64,000 nucleotides of DNA, taken from the NCBI GenBank assembly GCA_963758635.1, contig CAVWWD010000006.1, positions 256,001 to 320,000 of the forward strand, in the 5' to 3' direction. This document shows, piece by piece, positions 51,451 through 62,676 of this stretch. Positions within the stretch are counted from its first letter, which is position 1. Each line of letters begins with the position of its first letter. The translations under genes were made by a program, and so were the position numbers. The notes beneath the pieces are model-generated. The model had not been told where the DNA came from. It saw only the letters and a program-made list of their open reading frames with translations, and did not search any database. The stretch is from an uncultured Candidatus Rokubacteria bacterium (GTDB taxonomy: Bacteria > Methylomirabilota > Methylomirabilia > Rokubacteriales > CSP1-6).

Positions 51451-52372
51451 CTACGCGAGCGTCCCACCCGCCGGGGTCGATGTAGGCGTAGAGGATGTCC
51501 ACGCCCAGGTTCACGCCGAGGACGATCACCGCCTTCAGGAGGATGATCGCCTGCAGCAGCGGATAGTCCCGGAAGATCACCGCCTCGTAGGCGAGCCGGC
51601 CCACGCCGGGCCACGCGAAGACGGTCTCCGTCACGATCGCCCCGGTCACGAGCAGCGCGAAGAACACCCCGAAGAGCGTCACCACCGGGATCAGGGCGTT
51701 CCGCACGCAGTGCTTCCAGATCACCACCATCCGCGGCAGCCCCTTGATGCGGGCGAGCTTCACGAACTCCGACTCGAGCACCTCGAGGACGCTCGACCGC
51801 ACGAGCCGCATCATGCCGGCCACGAGGAAGGCGCCGAGCGTGATGCTGGGCAGCACGTAGTGCGCGGGGCCGCCCATGCGCGCGGAGGGCAGCCAGCCGA
51901 GCTGGATGCTGAACACGTAGATCAGCACGATGCCGAGCCAGAACGAGGGCGTGGCGATGCCCAGCACGGCAAGGACGCCCGACGCGCGGTCGACGATGGT
52001 GCCACGGTAGACGGCGGCGAGCACGCCGAGCGGGATGGCCAGGGCCACCGCGCTGACCAGGGCGAGGGGGACGAGGGCGAGCGTGTTCGGGAGGCGCTCG
52101 AAGAACACCTCGACGGCGGACTTGCGGTAGCGGATCGACTGGCCCAGGTCGCCGCGCACCGCGCCGGCGAGGAAGAGGCCGAGCTGCTCGTGCGCGGGCC
52201 GGTCGAGGCCGAGGGTCTTCAGGAGCTGCTCCCGGTCCTCGCGGGACGTGTCCTCCGGCAGCAGGAGGTCGGCGGGATTGCCGGTCAGCCGGGCCATCGC
52301 GAAGACCACCAGCGCCAGCACCACGAGCAGCACGGCGCTCTGAGCGAGACGGCGCAGGACGAACCGCTGCAT
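51451..52372 (-). CDS. Peptide ABC permease (OppB/DppB-like); 3' end approximate
   Basis: GDLGQS, ARIKGL, ETVFAWPGVG, RDYP. Confidence 0.92.
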
Positions 52373-52449
52373 GTGTGGCCGCGGAGGCTACGCCTCCCCC
52401 GCGGGCCTCCTGTCCGCGGTTGCCGTCTCGCCGTTCACGCCGCCCGCCA

Positions 52450-54087
52450 TCAGTTCCACGGCCGCTGCTCGGGGCGCGGGATCCGCTCGGACACGTCGCC
52501 CAGCTCGTGACGGCCCGGGATGGGCTTGAACTGGCCGACACGCTTGGGGTTCACCGCCCAGTACCCCATCCCCTCGACGATGGGCACGGTCATCCAGCTC
52601 TTGGCCACGACGTCCAGCATCCGGTTGGTCGCCGCCATGCGCCGGGCGTCGTCCTTCTCCGACACCGCCTCCTCGTACGCGCCGTCGGCCTCCTTGCACG
52701 CCGCCGGGCAGTCCTTGGGATCGCCGAGCAGGTGCTGCGCCCCCGTGGACGTGAACGGCCCGACGAACCGGGGAGCGGGCTCCGGGCGCCCGGCCGTCCG
52801 GTACATCGACGCGTTGCCGACCAGGCCCTTCTGGTCGCCGCGCTCCATCGGGTTGAAGGCGCCCCACTCCACCGTCTTCATCTCGACCTTGACGCCGATC
52901 TTCTCCCAGAAGCCGGCGACCGCCTCGCCGATCTGCATCATGAACGGCGTGCCGGGGAGCGCGGTGTTGAGGAAGGTGAGCTTGAAGCCGTTCGGGTGGC
53001 CCGCCTCGGTGAGGAGCTGCTTGGCGCGGGCGGGATCGTAGCGGAGGGCTTGCTTGGACCAGGCCTCCCACCGCGGCACGTCGACGTCCGAGGAGTAGCG
53101 GAAGGTGGCGAACGGCATCGGCCACCGCGCTTCCTTCACCATGACGTGGTCGATGATCTGCTGGCGGTCGATGGCGAGCGACAGCGCCTCGCGCACCCGC
53201 ACGTCGGTGAGCGGCGAGCCCTTCACCTCGGGCCGATAGAGTCCCCAGAACTGGTAGATCGCCTGCATGGTGCCGGGCACGCTGACCACGCGCATCCCGC
53301 CGCCGCGGGCCTCCTTGATGGCCTCGGGGCCGATGCTCGCGATCGACGCCTCCCCCGTGCGCACCATGGCGAGCCGCGTCGACTGCTCGGGCACGAGGAG
53401 CAGCGTGAGCCGCTTGAACTGCGGGGTGCCGCGCCAGTGGCCGGGCACCGCCTCGTACTCGATGCGATCGCCGGGAACGGTGCGCACGAACTTCCAGGGG
53501 CCGCTGCCCACCGGCTTGTCGCGGAAGCCCTTGGCGCCGACCGCCTCGATGTACTTCTTCGGCATGACCGAGCCTTCCATGAACACCGCGCGGGACAGGC
53601 TCGCCGCGAAGTACGGGATCACGCCCTTGGTGTGGACGCGCACGGTGTGATCGTCGACCACCTCGACGCGGTCGATCGCCCGCCGGAGGGCGGCCGCGCC
53701 GGACGCGATCGACTCCGGGGACATCGTGCGCTCGAGGCTGAACTTCACGTCGTGGGCGGTGACGGGGTCGCCGTTGTGGAACTTCAGGCCCTTGCGAAGG
53801 TGGAAGGTCCAGCTCTTGCCGTCGGCGGCCCGCTCCCACTTCTCGGCCACGCCCGGCCCGACGCCGCCCTTCTCCAGGTCGAACCCCACGAGCGAGTCCC
53901 ACACCGGCGCGTGGTAGTGCGCGTGGGGCGCGCGCGTGTCGAGGATGGGGTCCATCACCTGCGCCCCGAGCGTGTCGAGCGCGATGACGAGCGTGTCCTT
54001 GTCCTGGGCGAGCGCAGCAATAGGGGCAGCCGCGAGCAGCAGGAGCGCGGCGACGCCGATGGCCAGACGCAGGGAGCGGATCCGCAT
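52450..54087 (-). CDS. Peptide ABC substrate-binding protein (family 5)
   Basis: Signal peptide; WTFHLRKGLKFHNG, VGSGPW, VREALSLAIDR. Confidence 0.92.
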   Translation of the reverse strand: MRIRSLRLAIGVAALLLLAAAPIAALAQDKDTLVIALDTLGAQVMDPILDTRAPHAHYHAPVWDSLVGFDLEKGGVGPGVAEKWERAADGKSWTFHLRKGLKFHNGDPVTAHDVKFSLERTMSPESIASGAAALRRAIDRVEVVDDHTVRVHTKGVIPYFAASLSRAVFMEGSVMPKKYIEAVGAKGFRDKPVGSGPWKFVRTVPGDRIEYEAVPGHWRGTPQFKRLTLLLVPEQSTRLAMVRTGEASIASIGPEAIKEARGGGMRVVSVPGTMQAIYQFWGLYRPEVKGSPLTDVRVREALSLAIDRQQIIDHVMVKEARWPMPFATFRYSSDVDVPRWEAWSKQALRYDPARAKQLLTEAGHPNGFKLTFLNTALPGTPFMMQIGEAVAGFWEKIGVKVEMKTVEWGAFNPMERGDQKGLVGNASMYRTAGRPEPAPRFVGPFTSTGAQHLLGDPKDCPAACKEADGAYEEAVSEKDDARRMAATNRMLDVVAKSWMTVPIVEGMGYWAVNPKRVGQFKPIPGRHELGDVSERIPRPEQRPWN

Positions 54088-54273
54088 GGAGTCGATCCTC
54101 CTGGATGCCAAGGGGAAATCCGGTAGATCCCGACGAGCGCGCGTATTTTCGCCGGGCCATCGGACCGGTGTCAAGGCGCGCCCGGAAGCGGGCGTCGCGC
54201 GGGAGGGATCGGTCGGGCGCGACTCCGCCCTCTCAAGTGCTACAGTCGGAAGCACCGAGAGGAGATCGTCGCC

Positions 54274-55221
54274 ATGTCGCGCACCGGGGCCACGTCGCCC
54301 ACCCGCCCGTCCGGCCAGGTCATCGAGCATCCCGTGCTCGACCGCATCGGCCACACGCCGCTCGTGACGCTCGCCCGCATCCCGCGCGCGGGCCTCGGCG
54401 TCCACGTGAAGCTCGAGGCCGCGAACCCCGGCGGGAGCGTCAAGGACCGCGCCGGCCGCGCCATCGTGCTGGACGCCTTCGAGCGCGGGTGGCTGCCCGG
54501 CCGCCGCCTGCTCGACGCGACCAGCGGCAACACCGGCATCGCCTACGCCATGCTCGGGGCCGCGCTGGGCTTCGGCGTGACGCTGTGCCTGCCCGCGTCG
54601 GCCAGCGTGGAGCGCAAGCGCATCATCCGCGCGTACGGCGCCGAGGTGATCGAGACCGACGCGGGCGAAGGCTCGGACGGCGCGCAGCGGAAGGCCGCGG
54701 AGCTCGCGGCCGCCCACCCCACCCGCTTCGCCCACGTGGACCAGTACGCCAACCTCGCCAACCCGCGCGCGCACGAGACCGGGACGGGCCCGGAGATCCT
54801 CGAGCAGCTCGACGGCCGCGCGCTCGACGTGTTCGTGTCCGGCCTCGGCACCAGCGGCACCTTCGTCGGCGTCTCGCGCTTCCTGCGCCGCGCGAGCCCG
54901 AGCACGCTGCGCGTGGCGGTGGAGCCGGACGACGGCCTCCACGGCATCGAGGGCCTCAAGCACATGGCGACGGCCATCGTGCCGCCGATCTTCGAGCCGG
55001 AGCTGGCCCAGCGTCGCGAGAGCGTCACCACCGAGGAGGCCTACGCGATGACGCGGCGCCTGGCCCGCGAGGAAGGGCTGCTGGTCGGCGTCTCGTCGGG
55101 CGCCGCGCTCGTGGCCGCGCTCCGCGTCGCCGAGGCCACGGCGGCGCGCACCACCGTCGTCATCTTCCCGGACGGCGGCGAGCGCTACCTCTCCGAGAGC
55201 TTCTGGGACGACGAGGGCTGA
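54274..55221 (+). CDS. Cysteine synthase family PLP enzyme (CysM/CysK-like)
   Basis: [39 protein letters not shown]. Confidence 0.92.
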   Translation: MSRTGATSPTRPSGQVIEHPVLDRIGHTPLVTLARIPRAGLGVHVKLEAANPGGSVKDRAGRAIVLDAFERGWLPGRRLLDATSGNTGIAYAMLGAALGFGVTLCLPASASVERKRIIRAYGAEVIETDAGEGSDGAQRKAAELAAAHPTRFAHVDQYANLANPRAHETGTGPEILEQLDGRALDVFVSGLGTSGTFVGVSRFLRRASPSTLRVAVEPDDGLHGIEGLKHMATAIVPPIFEPELAQRRESVTTEEAYAMTRRLAREEGLLVGVSSGAALVAALRVAEATAARTTVVIFPDGGERYLSESFWDDEG

Positions 55222-55231
55222 CGGCGACGGC

Positions 55232-56002
55232 ATGCGCATCCACGCCCTGACCGGCGGCTACCTCGACGTCGACGCGACCTCGTTCTTCGCCGACGGCACC
55301 ACGCGGCCGCGCTGGACGGTGCCGATCCCCTGCTGGCTCGTCGTCCACCCGCGCGGCACGCTCCTCTTCGACACCGGTATCCATCGGGACGCGCGCGTGG
55401 ATCCGGTGGGGCGGCTCGGCGCGCCGCGCGCGGCGCGCTTCGGCATCCGGTCCGGCGCCGCGGACGACGTCACCAGCCAGCTCGCGCTCCTCGGCCTCGG
55501 CGCGGACGACGTCGGGCTCGTCGCGAACTCGCACTTCCACTTCGACCACTGCGGCGGCAACGAGTTCTTCCCCCGCGCCGCCTTCCTCGTGCAGAAGCGC
55601 GAGATGGACGCCGCGCGCGCCCCCGCCGGCGCCTTTCCCGGCTACGCGCCGAGCGCCCGCGACTTCGACCATCCGCTGGACTATCGCCTGATCGACGGCG
55701 AGCACGACGTGTTCGGCGACGGCCAGGCGGTGCTGTTCCCCACCATCGGCCACACGCCCGGCCACCAGTCGCTGCGGATCCGCGAGGGCAAGGGCCCGGA
55801 CCTGGTCCTCACCGCCGACGCCTGCTACACGCGCGAGAACATGGACCGCGACGTCCTGCCCAACGTGCTCTGGGACGCGAAGGAGATGTCGCGCTCGCTG
55901 GCCCAGCTCCGCGACCTCCGCGACCGCCACGGCGCGCGCGTGATCTACGGTCACGACCCCGCGCAGTGGCAGGAGATCCCGCGGGCTCCCGCGTCCCTCT
56001 GA
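55232..56002 (+). CDS. N-acyl-homoserine lactonase-like MBL hydrolase
   Basis: [22 protein letters not shown]. Confidence 0.85.
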   Translation: MRIHALTGGYLDVDATSFFADGTTRPRWTVPIPCWLVVHPRGTLLFDTGIHRDARVDPVGRLGAPRAARFGIRSGAADDVTSQLALLGLGADDVGLVANSHFHFDHCGGNEFFPRAAFLVQKREMDAARAPAGAFPGYAPSARDFDHPLDYRLIDGEHDVFGDGQAVLFPTIGHTPGHQSLRIREGKGPDLVLTADACYTRENMDRDVLPNVLWDAKEMSRSLAQLRDLRDRHGARVIYGHDPAQWQEIPRAPASL

Positions 56003-56006
56003 CAGG

Positions 56007-56692
56007 CTAGGACGCGCGTCGGACCAGCGACGCAGGAGGTTGTGGTAGCAGCTCGTGAGGGCGACCACCGAGGGGTGGTCGGGCACCGCCCGGTTGACCT
56101 GGTTGATGGCCATGTCGAGGTCGAAGAGCAGCGCGCGCTCGCCGTCGTCCCGCACCATGCTCTGGATCCAGAAGAACGAGGCGCAGCGGCTCCCGCGGGT
56201 GACGGGGTTGACGCGGTGCAGGCTCGTCGCCGGGTAGAGGATGAGGTCGCCGGCGGGGAGCTTCACCGCGTGCGCGCCGTAGACGTCCTCCACGACGAGC
56301 TCGCCGCCGTCGTACTCCTCGGGGCGCGTCAGGAAGAGCGTCACCGACAGGTCGGTGCGCACGCGGAACGGCGTGCCCGGGATCTGGCGCACGGCGTTGT
56401 CGACGTGGGCGCCGAAGGTCATCCCCGGGTCGTAGCGGTTGAACAGCGGCGGGAACACGCGCAGCGGCAGCGCGGCGGTGATGAAGAGCGGGCTCGCCTC
56501 CAGCGCGCGCACGATCATCTCGCCCATCTCCCGCGCCTCCGCGCTCCCCTCGGGGATCTGGAGGTTGTCCTTGGCCTTGGCCGACTGGTGGCCGGCGGTG
56601 ACGCGCCCGTCGACCCAGGCGGCGCGCGCCATGAGCTCGCGGCAGCGCGCCACCTGGGCCTCGGTCAGGACGGCGGGAACGTGGACGAGCAC
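56007..56692 (-). CDS. piuC: PKHD-type Fe(II)/2-oxoglutarate hydroxylase (PiuC/YbiX); stop approximate
   Basis: [43 protein letters not shown]. Confidence 0.92.
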
Positions 56693-56693
56693 G

Positions 56694-58873
56694 TCAGTAC
56701 CGGAAGTTCGCCGGTGAAGAGGATCGTCCGCCCCGGCGCGGGCGGCGTGTGGGCCTGGTACACGTGGTCGAAGTAGCGCGCGTCGCTGATGTTGAGGACG
56801 TTGACCCGGAACTCGGTGTTCTTCCACGGGAAGAAGGCCGACGGTCAGGTCGGCCCGCACGTACGACGGCAGCGTGTTGGTGTTGCTGGTGTTGGCCGCG
56901 CGCTCGCTCACGTAGGTCACGCCCGCGCCGACCTGGAAGTACTTGAGGAAGTCGTAGGTCGTCCAGAAGCTGAAGCTGTGCTCGGGCGCGGCGATCAGCC
57001 GCTTGCCCTGCACGGGCACGCCGCCCTGCACGTCCTTGGACTCGAGGACCTCGGTGTCCAGATACGTGTAGTTGGCGAAGATGTTCCAGTCCGGCAGCGG
57101 GCGCCCGACCACCTCCAGCTCGAAGCCCTGCGAGCGCTGCTTGCCGTCGAGCGTCTGCACGACCGAGCCCGGCTCCGCGGTGCGCGCGTCGGTCTTGTCG
57201 ATGCGGAACAGCGCGGTGTTGACGCTGAGGCGGTCCTTGATGAGCTGCCACTTGGCGCCGATCTCGTAGGAGTACGTGCGCTCGGGGTCCGTGTCCACGG
57301 TGTTGGCGGCCAGCGTGAGGGCTTCCGCCGACGGGTTGAACGACGTGCCCCACGCGAAGTAGTACGTCTGCATCGCGTTGGGCTGGACCACGAGGGCCGC
57401 GCGCGGGCTCGGCACGTCGTCGGTGCGGTCGAACTTCGTCGTGTTGCCGGTGAGCGGAGGCGCGGCTCTCGAAGTCGGCCTGGAAATGGTCGAAGCGCAC
57501 GCCGCCCAGGACCTTCAGCCACGAGAGCAGCGCGATCTCGTCGACCACGTAGAAGCTCACGGTGTTCGCGGTGGTGTTGGCCTTGGTGTTGAGGGTCTTC
57601 CGGATCGTCGAGATGTCCGGGAACATGTTCGGATTGATGAGGGTCGCCTGCGGCACCCCCGTCATCGTGAAGTTGCTGACGTCGCCTGTCTCCAGGTCGT
57701 ACTCGACGCCCGGCGGTGAGCGTGTGCTTCATGAACCAGGTGTCGAAGCGCGCGACGAGGTCGGTCTGGAAGGCGAAGATCGAGTCCTCGCGGTCGCGGG
57801 CCACGATGCCGCGGTTGACGAGGATGCTCTCGAGCGGCGTGGCCGGGGTGGGCGCGCCCACGATGCGCGGGGCCACCGCCTCCTGGTCCAGGTGGTAGTT
57901 GGCGTAGCGGAGCGTGCTGCGGAGCTTCAGGTGCTGGTTGAACTCGTGGTCGAGGCGGAGCGTGCCGATGTGAACCGTCGTCTTCTGATAGTCGTTCTCG
58001 GGCAGCCCATAGAAGTTGTTGCGGTTCACGTCGACGGGCTCGCCGAAGAGGTACGGCAGGCCGTTGTCCGGCGTGCTGTTCTCGCGCTGGTAGAGGTAGG
58101 TCATGGTCAGGCGCGTGGAGCTGCCGAGCCCGATGGCCACCGACGGGGCGAGGCCGAAGCGCTGGAAGTCCACCTCGTCGCGCCCGACGACCTCGCCCTG
58201 GTAGAAGAGGGCGTTGAGCCGCAGGCCGACCTGCTCGGTGATCGGCTGGTTGAAGTCGAGCGTGATGCGCCCCACGGGCCCGGTGCCGATGGTGCCGGAC
58301 ATGTCGTAGAACCGCTCGCGCTCCGGCGTCTTGGTCACCTGGTTGATGACGCCGCCCGTCGATCCCCGGCCGAACATGGTGGCCGAGGGCCCCTTCAGCA
58401 CCTCGATGGACTGGAGGTTGAACACGTCGCGGGTGTACGAGCCGGCGTCGCGCACGCCGTCCAGGTAGATGTCGTTGCGCGCGGAGTAGCCGCGCAGCGT
58501 GAGGTTGTCGCCCTGGGTGCCGCCCTCGCCCGCGTTCAGGCTGAGCCCGCTCACGTTGCGCAGCGCGTCGCGCATGCTGAAGACGGCCTGCTCGCGCATC
58601 AGCTCGCGCGGGATGATCGTGATCGACTGCGGGCGTGTCCTTGACCAGGTCGGGCATCTTGAAGAGGCTCGGCTCCTGGATGCGGTACTCGCGCCGCTGG
58701 GCGTTCACGTCCAGGCCCGAGCAGGGGGACCTCCTCCTGGGGCTTGTCCTGGGCGAACGCCGTTCCCGAGGTGAGGATCAGGCCGAGGCCGAGGGCGCGG
58801 CCGAGCGAGCTACGGAGACGCTGCTCGCGCCGGCGACGCGGACTTCGCGATCGGAGCGACGGAGTGGACGCAT
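56694..58873 (-). CDS. TonB-dependent siderophore receptor (Fiu/PiuA-like), multiple frameshifts
   Basis: [32 protein letters not shown]-terminal aromatic residue; adjacent to piuC. Confidence 0.9.
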
Positions 58874-59139
58874 GACGTTCCTCCCGGTTCTGGACTGCGG
58901 GGCGCCGGGCTGGCGAACATGCGTCGACTCCCAGGCTGGCTGGCGCGGTGCACTGCTTTGCGAGACGAGACGAGCCGAAGGCAAGGTGAGCGCATATGGG
59001 AATGCAATGGAAACAACCGCCCACCGTGGAAAGCGACCGCCCGCGGGGCAACGGCCTCTCGAGGATCAACGTCCCGGTCCCGTGGGAACGGAGTACTGCC
59101 CGGGGGTCCGGAGCTGCCGGGCGGCGCCGCTCTCCCGGC

Positions 59140-59913
59140 TCATGGCTTCGCGGACACGACCGGCCTCGACGGTGCGCCTGCGTCTTCACCGTCGGGGTGC
59201 TTCGCCGGCGTGCTCGAACGCGGTGAGCGCGCCGGGAAGGTCCTGGAGCCGCACGCGGATGACGCCCAGGTTGAACCAGTTGCGGCCGTCGTCCTTGAGG
59301 GCCGACCGCCCTGGCGTAGGACTTCTCCGCCTCGGCCCACTCACCGGACTCGTACGGAGAGCCGGCCCGAGCGTGGACCACACCGCGGGGCTCTTGCTGT
59401 CGCGCGGCGGCGAGCTTCTCGAGCTCGGCCATCGCCGCGGGCTCCTCGCCGTTGTCGGCGAGCATGAGGGCCATGCGCAGGCGCAGCTCCTCCTGATCGC
59501 GCAGGGCGATGGCGGCGCGGTAGGCCTGGGCGGACTCCTTCGGCTTGCCGATGTGCTCGAGCGACGCCGCGAGGTCACGCTGGGCGGCGAACGAGCCCGG
59601 GTAGAGCTCGGCCGTTTTGCCGAACGACGGCGGCGGCCTCGTCCCACTTGGACTGGGCCGCGGCGGCTTGCCCGCGCACGTAGTACGCCAGCGGATGGTT
59701 CGGCATCTGGGCGATGGCCTGACTCGCGAGCTCGCCGGCCCGCGCGAAGTTCTTGTCGTTCAGCGCGTCCGTTGCCTGGCGGAGCAGATGGAACGCGGGG
59801 TCGTCCCAGATCGACTGGGCGTCCACCCGTCCCGTCCCTACGGGCACGCAGAGCGACGCCGAGCGCCAGGACTGCCCGATCGCCCGACGAGCGCGCCGCT
59901 CGACCGTCGTCAT
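59140..59913 (-). CDS. TPR-repeat protein with probable signal peptide, frameshifted
   Basis: PNHPLAYYVRGQ..., WFNLGVI TPR-like units. Confidence 0.7.
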
Positions 59914-60746
59914 CAGTCGTCCGCCGAGCCCGCTCTGCAGCTTGAAGCGCACGGGCAACGTGACCCATACGGTGACTGCCTCCTCTCCGCGTCGCGCCGG
60001 CTCGAACACCCAGGTCTTCACCGCGTCCATGGCGGCCCGGTCGAGGTCCGGGCTGGCCCGCGGAGCGCGTCACCGTCATCGCCGCGACGCGGCCGGTGGT
60101 CAGCACCTGGAAGCGCAGCAGCGTCTCGCCCTCGATGCCCTGCCGTCGCGCGGCATCCGGGTATCGCGGCTTCGTCTGGTACCCGCCCAGCGGGCGCGCG
60201 AACGACGTGAGGTCGGTGGGATTGCCCGTGGAGGCGCGTCTGCGCGGCCTCCCGCGGCGCCGCTCCCCTTACCCGGTCGCCGCCGCCATGGGCAGGTCGC
60301 CGGTCGAGAAGAGCTTGCCGCTGCCCGCGTGCGCGGCTCCGCTGGAGATCGCCCAGCTCGACGAGCCTCCGCCGGCGAGGAAGCGCTGGGTCGTGTCGGA
60401 CGTCTCTGGGGCGGACGGCTGGCCTCGCGCCGCGGCGCGTCCCGTCAGCAGGGCCGGCGGGCCCGACTGGGGCTGCTCCACCGGCGGCGTGACCACGCGC
60501 GGGCGCGATCGATCTTCTCGCGCCGCGCGACCGGCTTGCGGCGCGCCGGTCGGGCGGGGGCGGGCGCGGCGGCGGCTCGACCCGCACGACCTCGATGGGC
60601 GCCGGCGGCGGGAGGCGGGGCGCGGACGGCGACGAGGCCGACGACGTCGCCGCCGTCGTCAGACGCCGCGGCATGGGCCCCGAGCGACGGCCCAGATCGG
60701 GCCAGCCGAGGAATCCGGGGCACCGCCGCAGCGGCCCGCGGCTCAT
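59914..60746 (-). CDS. tonB: Energy transducer TonB, frameshifted
   Basis: Pro-rich region, GGYQTKPRYP, AVKTWVFEPARRG..VWVTLPVRF; operon context. Confidence 0.82.
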
Positions 60747-61266
60747 CGGCCGAGCTCCTGGCGGAGCCAGTCCTCGAGCAGGCTCTTCTCGTAGCGCAGC
60801 CGGTCGCTCGCCACGCGCACCGAGCGCGTCAGGTAGAGCGGATCGTGCGAGCGAGCGCTTGCCCTCCGGCGACGACGCGCCGCCTCGCGTCCTTGAGCGT
60901 GAACTCGAGGTCGATGCGCGGCGGATAGGCCTCGCGCATGAAGCGCGTGTGCTCGAACTGCGGGCCCCGCCACGGCTCGAACTCGCCGGCGAGGTCGAGG
61001 TCGGTCACGCGGACCTCGAGCGCCGGTCCTCGGGCAGGAGGCGACCGGCCGTCTCGCTGGAGGAACCGCGTCCAGCTCGGCGAGGATGCGCGCGGTGCTC
61101 CGGCTCCGAGCGCCGGGCGCGTCTCCTTCACGTCGGTGAATCGCTCGGGCGTCGACGAACTCCACGGTGACCCGCGCGGCCGGCGCCGGCGGCGGGCGCG
61201 GGCGAGGACGGCGAGCCGACGGCCAGCGCCGCCACGGTCACGATGGCCCCGCGCCCCTCGGATCAT
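60743..61266 (-). CDS. DUF3016-like exported protein, frameshifted
   Basis: PERFTDV, VTDLDLAGEFEPW, YPPRIDLEFTL, LRYEKSLLEDW. Confidence 0.7.
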
Positions 61267-61687
61267 GGCCGGCGCGCGGCCTCCCCGGGCACGACGGCGA
61301 TCGCCACGCTTGCGACGCCGGCGGTGCGCGCCACGTCCACGACCTCGACGACGCGCCGGTGCTGCACGTCGCCGTCGGCGTTGATCATCACGACGAGGTT
61401 CGGGTTCGCGGACGAGCAGGCCGCGCAGGCGGCCGCCGAGCGCCGTCGGCTCGTCGTGGGCTCGCGGTTCAGGTAGGTCTGCGCCGTCCCGGGCCAGCGT
61501 GATCGCCGCGCTGTCGTCGCGCGTGGCCTGCCCGCTCTCCGCGCGCGGCAGGTTGACGGGCATGCCGCGGTACGTGGCCATGGCCAGGCTCGCCATCATG
61601 AAGAAGACGAGCAGGAAGAACACGGTGTCGATCATCGGGATGATCTCGATCCGCGCCTTCCGGGGCTCGCGGCGCGGTCAGCTTCAC
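61263..61687 (-). CDS. exbD: Biopolymer transporter ExbD, frameshifted
   Basis: IEIIPMIDTVFFLLVFFM, VNLP, INADGDV. Confidence 0.9.
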
Positions 61688-62303
61688 CGCGCCGGCCTCA
61701 CCCGCCGTCCGCCAGGATCAGCTCGAGCCGGCGTCCCCTGCCCCTCGATCTCGTCGAGCGCCTGCTCGCTCCGGGCGAGGAAGTAGTTGTAGGGCACGAG
61801 CGTGACGATGGCGATGGCGAGGCCGGCCGCGGTGGCGATCAGCGCCTCGGCGACGCCGCCGGTGATGGCGTCGGCTGGTTGATGCCGGTGGTGGCCATGA
61901 TCCCGAACGCGGCGATCATGCCGGTGACCGTCCCGAGCAGGCCGAGGAGCGGCGAGAGCGTGATGATCGTGTCCAGCACGGGCAGCGCCCGCCGCATCCG
62001 CGCCGTCTCGTGCTTGGCCGCGGCCTGCATGGCGAGCGTGGGGCCGTCGTCGCGATGCTCGATGCCGGCGGCGAGCACGCGCGCCTGGGGCGCCCGCGAG
62101 CCGCGCGCGCACTCGATCGCGTCGTCCCACTTGCCGGAGGCGGCGAGCTGGAGCGCCCGCTCCACCGCCTCCGCGCCGCGGGCCCGCCACCAGAACGCGG
62201 CGCGCTCGAGGATGACGGCCAGGGACAGCACCGAGCACACCGCCAGCGGAACCATCACCGGACCACCCTTCGCCAGCGTCGCCACCACTGCGGACAGCGT
62301 CAT
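61684..62303 (-). CDS. exbB: MotA/TolQ/ExbB proton channel protein, frameshifted
   Basis: GGPVMVPL, PLLGLLGTVTGMI, EALIATAAGL. Confidence 0.9.
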
Positions 62304-62446
62304 CGCGCAAGCCTCCTCGATCGGGACTCCCGTCCCGGGACTCGTTTCCGTGCGGTGGCTGGCTTCGCGCGGCGGGTGCCGCTCAAGGCGCGCGATGGCT
62401 GGCTGGATCGCTATTGCTGGCTTTAGGCCACGTAGTCAGACCCGTA

Positions 62447-62477
62447 TTAGGTACGGCTAACTACAGGCTCCTGTCAA
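62447..62477 (-). promoter_or_regulatory. Promoter of the exbB operon (-35 TTGACA) overlapped by a DtxR/IdeR-like operator
   Basis: TTGACA on the minus strand at 62477-62472; TTAGGTACGGCTAAC at 62447-62461; the -10 element is poor. Confidence 0.5.
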
Positions 62478-62572
62478 CCCCTCTTCGCGGGCTCGGGGCG
62501 GACGCCGGACATGGAGGTTGCGCGAATGGAACCGACCCCGGCGACGCGACACACCAGGAAAGGGCCTCGACA

Positions 62573-62654
62573 CCGCAACATCGGGGCCAGGTCTTGAAAT
62601 GCGACACCACCCAGTGTGGATGTCGCGGATCAAGACCTGACCCCGATGTTGCGG
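62573..62654. repeat. Long inverted repeat (REPIN/MITE-like)
   Basis: ccgcaacatcggggccaggtcttga...gcgaca / tgtcgc...tcaagacctgaccccgatgttgcgg; the arm also occurs at 32203-32220. Confidence 0.8.
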
Positions 62655-62676
62655 GTCAGGCCCCGGCATTGCCGGG

